A stretch of 32,000 nt of DNA, taken from contig CP188087.1 of assembly GCA_049942775.1 (NCBI GenBank), forward strand, positions 60,001 to 92,000, read 5' to 3'. Every line of letters starts with the position of its first letter. The stretch's first letter is position 1. This DNA is from Candidatus Saccharimonadota bacterium (GTDB lineage: Bacteria; Pseudomonadota; Gammaproteobacteria; Enterobacterales; Enterobacteriaceae). The notes below the pieces were generated by a model, which was given only the letters and a program-made list of their open reading frames with translations, did no database searches and was not told the origin of the DNA. Below, piece by piece: positions 25,584 to 32,000 of the stretch. A program made the position numbers and the translations under genes.

Positions 25584-26714
25584 ATGATTCCAATATCAGT
25601 AATTGAATTACTTAAACAACTTGTAGAAATTCCTTCAATCAGTCCGTTAGATCTAGGATGTCAAGATATAATTGAAAAAATATTAGTTTCATTAGGATTT
25701 AAAACAGAAAAATTTTTAATTAACAAAACTAGTAATTTATGGGCTCAACGTGGAAAAGGAAAAACATTAACTTTCCTAGGTCATACTGATGTAGTACCTC
25801 CTGGAAATATAAAAAATTGGAATTCTAATCCATTTGATTTAAAGATTAGTAACAATTATGTTTTTGGTCGTGGAGTAGTTGATATGAAAGGATCTATAGC
25901 TGCTATGTTAATAGCTGTTCGCGATTTTATTTCTAACCATCCTTTTTATGATGGAAGAATATCATTCTTAATTACTTCGGATGAAGAATCTACTGGAATT
26001 GACGGAACTATAAAAGTAGTAGAAAAATTGATTCAAAGAAATGAAAAAATTGATTTTTGTTTGGTTGGAGAACCTACTAGTGAATGTATTTTAGGAGATG
26101 TGATAAAGAATGGTAGAAGAGGTTCTTTAAGTGCTCAATTAATTATATATGGTACTCAAGGACATGTTGCTTATCCTCATTTATTTGATAATCCAATACA
26201 TAAATCAATGTTAGTACTACAAAATTTAATAAAATATAAATGGAAAGATGAAAATGATTTTTTCCCATGTACTCAATTACAAATCTATAAAATTGATTCT
26301 AATGTGAATTCAAGTAATATAATACCTGGTGAACTAAAAGTTGAATTTAATGTTCGATTTAATCCAGAAACATCAGTAGATAAGATTAAATCAACCATAT
26401 CATGTTTATTAGATTATAATAACATAAAATATAAACTAAATTGGAAACAATTTTCTAATCCTTTTTATTCTAGTCCTAGTAAATTAATTCCTATAGTAGA
26501 AAAATCTATCAAATCAATTCAAAATATTTCTACTAGAATATCCACTTCTGGAGGTACTTCAGATGGAAGGTTTTTTCTAAAAATGAATAGTGAAATTGTA
26601 GAACTAGGTTTAGTGAATAAAACAATCCATCAATGCAATGAAAGTACTTCGATTTCTGATTTAAAAAAATTGGTTTTAATTTATAAAAAAATCATTTTTA
26701 ATTTATTTAATTAA
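25584..26714 (+). CDS. dapE: Succinyl-diaminopimelate desuccinylase
   Basis: The ORF is 376 aa (E. coli 375). VIELLKQLVEIPSISP, FLGHTDVVPPG, GRGVVDMKGS, LITSDEES, CLVGEPTS, KNGRRGSL, GHVAYPHL and GGTSDGRF are colinear with E. coli DapE. Confidence 0.96.
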   Translation: MIPISVIELLKQLVEIPSISPLDLGCQDIIEKILVSLGFKTEKFLINKTSNLWAQRGKGKTLTFLGHTDVVPPGNIKNWNSNPFDLKISNNYVFGRGVVDMKGSIAAMLIAVRDFISNHPFYDGRISFLITSDEESTGIDGTIKVVEKLIQRNEKIDFCLVGEPTSECILGDVIKNGRRGSLSAQLIIYGTQGHVAYPHLFDNPIHKSMLVLQNLIKYKWKDENDFFPCTQLQIYKIDSNVNSSNIIPGELKVEFNVRFNPETSVDKIKSTISCLLDYNNIKYKLNWKQFSNPFYSSPSKLIPIVEKSIKSIQNISTRISTSGGTSDGRFFLKMNSEIVELGLVNKTIHQCNESTSISDLKKLVLIYKKIIFNLFN

Positions 26715-26747
26715 TTTTTTATAAACTAAGGAACTTTTATAAAATTT

Positions 26748-26778
26748 CAGAGTATCAAATTGATACTCTGTTTTTATT
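26748..26778 (+). terminator. Rho-independent terminator after dapE (possibly bidirectional)
   Basis: A perfect 10-bp stem, CAGAGTATCA / TGATACTCTG, with a 3-nt loop (26748-26770), followed by TTTTTATT. Confidence 0.7.
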
Positions 26779-26881
26779 AAATTACAAATCTTTTTTTTAA
26801 TTTTTGTTTTTAAAATATTTTAATTTAAAAAATTTTGTTTAGTAAAAACATTGAAAAAAAATTTATTTCATATTTTTAAAA

Positions 26882-27100
26882 TTATTTGAATTTTTTAAAA
26901 GATACTAAATAACTTATTTTTTTTGAAGTGTTTGTTTCTAATGATGGATTTGATTTTTCTAGTTTTTCTTCTTTTCTAATATTTTTAGACGGATTAAAAA
27001 TATTATTTTTATATAGTTGTTGATTTGAACAAGAAGACATTAATAATGATAATATAAAAAATAAGCATAAATAGATGGTTTTTTCTTTATAAAGAATCAT
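26882..27100 (-). CDS. Small predicted lipoprotein; candidate N-terminal-only remnant of BamC (NlpB)
   Basis: The ORF track gives 82 aa from 27130. The internal ATG at 27100 gives [24 protein letters not shown]|SNQQLYKNN..., with a basic n-region, a hydrophobic core and a lipobox-like LMSSC. After the Cys, CS-x3-YK matches E. coli BamC LLLAAC|SSDSRYKRQ. Its position immediately 3' of dapA matches the E. coli dapA-bamC arrangement. The protein is ~72 aa versus 344 aa in E. coli. Confidence 0.5.
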   Translation of the reverse strand: MILYKEKTIYLCLFFILSLLMSSCSNQQLYKNNIFNPSKNIRKEEKLEKSNPSLETNTSKKISYLVSFKKFK

Positions 27101-27992
27101 TTTTTTTCTCTTTTTTATAAATTTTAGCACTTTTTAATGCATGGGTTAATGTTATTTTTGTTTTATCAGAAATTTTAGTCAATGGCAATCTTATTGAATC
27201 TGATAAAATTAGATTTATTTTTTTTGCGACCCATTTTATTGGAATAGGATTTGATTCTATAAATAATGATTGATGTAATATTTCTAGTTCTTGATTTATT
27301 AATCGTGCTTTTAGAAAATTTCCTTTATTTGCTAACTGACAAATTTTTCTCATTCTTTTTGCTGCAATATTAGCTGTAACTGATATTACTCCATTTCCTC
27401 CTAACTGTATAAAATCTAGAAAAGTACAATCATCCCCACTAATTAAAATAAAATCTTTTTTTACCTTTTGTTTAATTTTATTAACTCTTGACAGATCTCC
27501 TGTAGCTTCTTTTATTCCAATTATGTTCTTAAGTTTTGATAATTTTATTACAGTATCAGGAATTAAATCACATCCAGTTCTAGAAGGCACATTATATAGT
27601 ATTTGAGGAATTTCAGTATTTTCTGATATAGACTTAAAATGCTGATACAATCCTTTTTGAGTTGGTTTGTTATAATAAGGAGTAACACTTAAACATGCAG
27701 CTATTCCACTGTTTTCAAATTGTTTAGTTAAAGAAATACTTTCTTTGGTAGCATTAGCTCCAGTTCCAGCTATAATTGGAATTTTTCCGTCAGAAAATTC
27801 TAGTGTTAACATGACTACATGTATATGTTCAGATTGATTTAATGTAGCTGATTCCCCGGTAGTACCAACTGAGACTATTGCTGATGTTCCATTTTTTATA
27901 TGATACTTAACTAATTTTTTTAAACTAAATTTACAAATTTTACCTTTCTCATTCATTGGTGTAATTAATGCAACTATACTTCCTTTGAACAT
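27087..27992 (-). CDS. dapA: 4-hydroxy-tetrahydrodipicolinate synthase
   Basis: [74 protein letters not shown] and IIGIKEATG (Schiff-base Lys) are colinear with E. coli DapA. Length is 301 aa versus 292. Confidence 0.96.
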   Translation of the reverse strand: MFKGSIVALITPMNEKGKICKFSLKKLVKYHIKNGTSAIVSVGTTGESATLNQSEHIHVVMLTLEFSDGKIPIIAGTGANATKESISLTKQFENSGIAACLSVTPYYNKPTQKGLYQHFKSISENTEIPQILYNVPSRTGCDLIPDTVIKLSKLKNIIGIKEATGDLSRVNKIKQKVKKDFILISGDDCTFLDFIQLGGNGVISVTANIAAKRMRKICQLANKGNFLKARLINQELEILHQSLFIESNPIPIKWVAKKINLILSDSIRLPLTKISDKTKITLTHALKSAKIYKKEKKNDSL

Positions 27993-28629
27993 TATATGTT
28001 TTGTCCTAAAAATTATTTTTCTTGTTTTTTTAAAAATGCATTTAGCAAAAATAATTATAAATAAAAATTAATATTTTAAATATTGTTGAATTTTTATTTT
28101 TTTAAAATATATATATATTTTATAGAAAGCATTTTTTATAAAATAATTTATTTAATAACTTATTAGATTATAAAAATAAATATTTATTATACAACAATGA
28201 ATATATTTTAAGTAATAATTATTAATCATAAAAATATGGTTAAGTATCTATATTTTTAAAAATTTAAAAATTTTATTAATTATTACTACAGATTAGATTA
28301 TATCTAAATATAAATGATGAATTCAACATTTTTATTTATTAAAATAATTTATACATGAAAAATATGTTTTTTTAAAATTTATTTAAATTAAAATTGTTTT
28401 ATTCGTTAAAACTGATTGTAAGATAGTTAAATTAACATTATTTTTTAAAATTATTGAATATTGTTCTTTTATTATCATTTGTCTATGTTTATTTCTAACA
28501 AACATTAATTTTTAACTTAAATATTAATTTTAATTATTGATACTTACTTGTTAAATATTATTTTTTTTTAATAGTTTTTACTGATTCATGAATTAAAAAC
28601 AAATTTTTGTAAAAAAAGTTTTATTTTTT

Positions 28630-29712
28630 TTAATTATTTTTTATGATTTGATGTAGGCATTGTGCTTGGTTTCTTAACAAGTGATCCATCAATACAATTG
28701 AAAGCATTGCTTCTACAATTGGAACAGCTCTAATTCCTACGCAAGGATCATGTCTTCCTTTTATTATGATTTTACAATTTTCTTGTTTGTTATTAATTGT
28801 CGTAACTGGAATTCCAATACTTGAAGTAGGTTTAAATGCTACTCTAGCAATAATAGTATTTCCATTACTTATACCTCCGAGAATCCCACCTGAATGATTA
28901 CTTTGAAATTTTTCATCATCGTACATATTATCCCTACTTTCGCTTCCTTTTTGTTTAATTACAGAAAATCCATCTCCAATTTCTACTCCTTTCGCGGCAT
29001 TAATACTCATTAATGCATGAGCAATATCGGCATCTAGTTTATCAAAAACTGGTTCTCCTAATCCTATAGGAACATTTTTTGCTATTACAGTGATTTCAGC
29101 TCCAATAGAATTTTTTTCTTTTTTAATTTTATTTAAATAATTTTTAAGTTTTGTTAGAATTTGTTTATTTGGAGAAAAAAATTGATTTTTTTCTACTTCT
29201 TCTAAAGAATCAAATTCACAGTTAATTTTTCCTAACTTTGATAAATATGCTTTTATAATTATTTTATGATTAATGAATAAGTATTTCTTAGCAATTGCTC
29301 CTGCTGCTACTCGAATAGCAGTTTCTCTTGCAGAAGATCTTCCTCCTCCTCTAAAGTCTCTAATTCCATATTTTTTTTCATAAGTAAAATCTGCGTGGCC
29401 AGGTCTATATATATCTTTGATATTTTCATAATCTTGTGATCTTTTATCTTGATTGTAAATAATTAATCCTATGCTAGTTCCAGTAGTTTTTCCATTAAAC
29501 ACTCCAGATAAAATTTTTATTTTATCTGGTTCGCGTCTGGGTGAAGTATATTTAGATGTTCCGGGTTTTCTTTTTTCAAGTTCTTTTTGTAGATCGTTTT
29601 CAGATATTTTAAATCCTGGAGGAACTCCATCAACGACACCTCCTAAGGCTATTCCATGTGATTCTCCAAAAGTAGTTACTTTAAATATTTTTCCAATACT
29701 ATTTCCTGGCAT
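28630..29712 (-). CDS. aroC: Chorismate synthase
   Basis: [81 protein letters not shown] and [15 protein letters not shown] are colinear with E. coli AroC. Length is 360 aa versus 361. Confidence 0.96.
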   Translation of the reverse strand: MPGNSIGKIFKVTTFGESHGIALGGVVDGVPPGFKISENDLQKELEKRKPGTSKYTSPRREPDKIKILSGVFNGKTTGTSIGLIIYNQDKRSQDYENIKDIYRPGHADFTYEKKYGIRDFRGGGRSSARETAIRVAAGAIAKKYLFINHKIIIKAYLSKLGKINCEFDSLEEVEKNQFFSPNKQILTKLKNYLNKIKKEKNSIGAEITVIAKNVPIGLGEPVFDKLDADIAHALMSINAAKGVEIGDGFSVIKQKGSESRDNMYDDEKFQSNHSGGILGGISNGNTIIARVAFKPTSSIGIPVTTINNKQENCKIIIKGRHDPCVGIRAVPIVEAMLSIVLMDHLLRNQAQCLHQIIKNN

Positions 29713-29949
29713 TTTTTTTCCTTATTGTTTGAAAAATTAATTATATTAATAATATATTTTTTATTTTAAAACTTTTTTTTTAAAATATAAATATTTAATT
29801 TATAATTCATAATCTAAATATTACTTAAAAAAAATATTTAAAATTAAGTACAATTGATTAATTAATCAATAACATTTAAAAATATTCTTTTCAAATATAA
29901 TTTGAGATTATTTTGTTTTAATAATAAATAAAAATTTTTCGGTTAAGTT

Positions 29950-30477
29950 ATGACTAAAAGACAAAAATTGTTAAATCTGAACAAGTTAACTTTTAAAGAA
30001 TATATGATTGGTACGAATAAAATAGTGCAAGATAAATTTTATCAAAACAAGCGTTTTTATATAAATGTTAGATCTTGTAAAAAAAAAGAAATCATTGAAG
30101 AAGAGTTACATAGCTATTATTTTACTAATACAAAAAAATATTTTTTATTAAAAGAAAATCCAATATGTTATATTCGTAATAACATGTTTTCTAGTTGTCT
30201 TAAAAATTTAAAAAATGGAAAATATTTTCCGGAAATTACATTAGATTTGCATGGTTTAACTAAAAATCAAGCAAAAAAAGAATTAGGTAAACTATTTTTC
30301 ATTTGTGAAAAAGAAAAATTTTCTTGTGTTTCTATAATTCATGGACATGGGAAAAATATATTGAAATTAAATATTCCGTTTTGGTTGTCGCAACATCCAA
30401 ATGTAATAGCATTTCACGAGGCTCCAAGAAAATTTGGAAAAAATATAGCAATATTAGTTTTATTAGAAATGATTTGA
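29950..30477 (+). CDS. smrB: Smr-domain ribosome-rescue endonuclease SmrB (YfcN)
   Basis: The ORF is 175 aa. ...YFPEITLDLHGLTKNQAKKELGKLFFICEKEKFSCVSIIHGHGKNILKLNIPFWLSQHPNVIAFHEAP... matches E. coli [68 protein letters not shown]. It is divergent from aroC, a similar neighbourhood to E. coli. Confidence 0.88.
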   Translation: MTKRQKLLNLNKLTFKEYMIGTNKIVQDKFYQNKRFYINVRSCKKKEIIEEELHSYYFTNTKKYFLLKENPICYIRNNMFSSCLKNLKNGKYFPEITLDLHGLTKNQAKKELGKLFFICEKEKFSCVSIIHGHGKNILKLNIPFWLSQHPNVIAFHEAPRKFGKNIAILVLLEMI

Positions 30478-30654
30478 AAAAATAATTAGTTTATAGATTT
30501 TATTTTTTTGATTTATACATAATAATTTTGTTACATTTCTTATTTAAGAAAATAAATGTTCTATAAATAATAGATTATTATTAAATTTGGATTTAATTTC
30601 ATTTATTTTTTGATTTTAAAATTCAAAAAAAATTATTTTAAGGCATTATTAATT

Positions 30655-31554
30655 ATGAACAATAATAATCGGTTAAGAATTGCTATACAAAAATCAGGTC
30701 GATTGAGTGATGATTCAATTGAATTATTATTTCTTTGTGGAATTAAAGTTAATTTAGAACAACAACATTTAATTTCTTTTTCTCAAAATATGCCAATAGA
30801 AGTAATGAGAGTTAGAGATGATGATATACCGGGATTAATCATGGATGGTATTGTAGAATTAGGAATTGTTGGAAAAAATGTTTTAGAAGAAATCGCCTTG
30901 TCTCGTAAAGATCAAAATAAAAATATTAGATATAAATTACTTAGAAACTTAGATTTTGGAGTATGTAGATTGTCTTTGTCAGTACCAGTAGACAAGGAAT
31001 ATTTTAATTTGCAATGTTTAAATAATTCTCGAATTGCAACATCATATCCTTATTTATTGAAAAAATATTTAAATAAAGAAAAAATTCATTTTAGTTCTTT
31101 TTTATTAAATGGTTCTGTAGAAGTTGCTCCTAGAGCTGGTTTATCTGATGCGATTTGTGATTTAGTATCTACCGGTAGTACTCTGGAAATTAATGGTTTA
31201 AGAGAAGTAGAAGTAATATACCATTCACATGCATGTTTAATTAGTTCTAGCAATAAAATTTCAAATCTAAAAAAACAAATAATTGAAAAGTTATTGGTTC
31301 GTATAACTGGAATAATTACAGCTAGGGAATCTAAATATATTATGTTGCATGTTCCAATTAATAAAGTTAAAGAAGTAATAAATTTATTAAGAGGAGCTGA
31401 ACGTCCAACGATTTTAAATTTAGTAGGTGACAAAAATCGTGTTGCCATGCATATGGTTAGTAGAGAAAGTATTTTTTGGGAAACTATGGAAAAATTAAAA
31501 ATATTAGGAGCAAGTTCAATTTTAGTTTTACCCATAGAAAAAATGATGGAGTAA
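30655..31554 (+). CDS. hisG: ATP phosphoribosyltransferase (long form)
   Basis: The ATG at 30655 gives [25 protein letters not shown], matching E. coli [25 protein letters not shown], and a 299-aa product equal to the E. coli length. The C-terminus [13 protein letters not shown] is identical. The ORF track's TTG 30610 start adds 15 unsupported codons. Confidence 0.96.
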   Translation: MNNNNRLRIAIQKSGRLSDDSIELLFLCGIKVNLEQQHLISFSQNMPIEVMRVRDDDIPGLIMDGIVELGIVGKNVLEEIALSRKDQNKNIRYKLLRNLDFGVCRLSLSVPVDKEYFNLQCLNNSRIATSYPYLLKKYLNKEKIHFSSFLLNGSVEVAPRAGLSDAICDLVSTGSTLEINGLREVEVIYHSHACLISSSNKISNLKKQIIEKLLVRITGIITARESKYIMLHVPINKVKEVINLLRGAERPTILNLVGDKNRVAMHMVSRESIFWETMEKLKILGASSILVLPIEKMME

Positions 31555-31561
31555 CATATAA

Positions 31562-32000
31562 ATGTTAAAGAATGTTTTTTTTTGGAAAGAACTAGATGAA
31601 CAACAGAAAAAAAAAGTTTTATCTCGTCCAAATATTTATATAAAAAAAAAATGTACGCAGTTAGTAAGAAAAGTGCTTGTTGATGTTTTAAATTATGGTG
31701 ATTCAGCTTTAAAAAAATATTGTTTGCTGTTTGACAAAAAAAGAATAGAAAAATTCAAAATTGAAAAACACATTATTTCTAATTCTTATTTAAATATTGA
31801 TAAAGAACTAAAAAAATCTATATTAAATGCTAAAAATAACATTGAATATTTCCATAAATTTCAAAAGAGAAAAAATTTAGATATAGAAATAAAACCAGGG
31901 GTGAGATGTCAGCATATTTCTGTTCCAATTGAGTCTGTAGGTTTATATGTTCCTGGTGGATCATCTCCGTTGATTTCGACAGTGTTAATGTTAGCTATTC
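31562..32000 (+). CDS. hisD: Histidinol dehydrogenase, N-terminal ~146 codons; runs off the right edge
   Basis: Absent from the ORF track because no stop falls in the window. My translation from the ATG at 31562 is MLKNVFFWKELDEQQKKKVLSRP...IKPGVRCQHISVPIESVGLYVPGGSSPLISTVLMLAI. E. coli has ...[36 protein letters not shown]. It starts 7 nt after the hisG stop. Confidence 0.92.
   Translation, partial: MLKNVFFWKELDEQQKKKVLSRPNIYIKKKCTQLVRKVLVDVLNYGDSALKKYCLLFDKKRIEKFKIEKHIISNSYLNIDKELKKSILNAKNNIEYFHKFQKRKNLDIEIKPGVRCQHISVPIESVGLYVPGGSSPLISTVLMLAI

Noticed and set aside
1-32000. Scan of the whole window for CRISPR repeats, IS/transposase, integrase, phage, toxin-antitoxin, restriction-modification or other defence loci, and rRNA genes
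   Set aside because: None seen. Every ORF of 100 aa or more is accounted for by a conserved housekeeping or flagellar gene. The non-coding stretches show no regularly spaced direct repeats.

Overview
The window is extremely AT-rich (G+C judged by eye at roughly 20-25%, not computed) and densely packed with housekeeping genes. It has the hallmarks of a strongly reduced gammaproteobacterial insect endosymbiont. Gene content and order look Buchnera aphidicola-like: ptsI-ptsH, ligA, tRNA-Lys/Val, gltX, tRNA-Ala, fliE and fliFGHIJK-MN-PQR, rpmGB, ppa, pmbA, rnpB, rsmI, fabB, tal, tkt, dapE, dapA, aroC, smrB, hisGD. This assignment rests on synteny and protein similarity recalled from memory, not on a database search. 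I support 30 protein genes, two of which run off the window edges and so are missing from the ORF track (ptsI, hisD). I also found one gene too short for the track (rpmG), 3 tRNAs, RNase P RNA, one frameshifted gene, several hairpins and two near-consensus tRNA promoters. I see no mobile elements, CRISPR arrays, phage, toxin or defence genes, and no convincing previously undescribed multi-gene system. The only system-like block is the truncated flagellar basal-body/type III export cluster (5.8-16.6 kb), which is a known feature of Buchnera. The points most worth a second look are signatures of reductive evolution. (1) rsmI is split by a frameshift inside a 13-nt homopolymer. (2) LigA ends exactly before the BRCT domain. 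(3) A ~72-aa lipoprotein ORF sits downstream of dapA and looks like an N-terminal-only BamC. (4) FliG rotor-stator charge residues and the FliM CheY-binding peptide are degraded, while the export components stay conserved. (5) Gene-sized AT-rich spacers lie where cysK and possibly other genes once sat. (6) The his leader/attenuator is absent.
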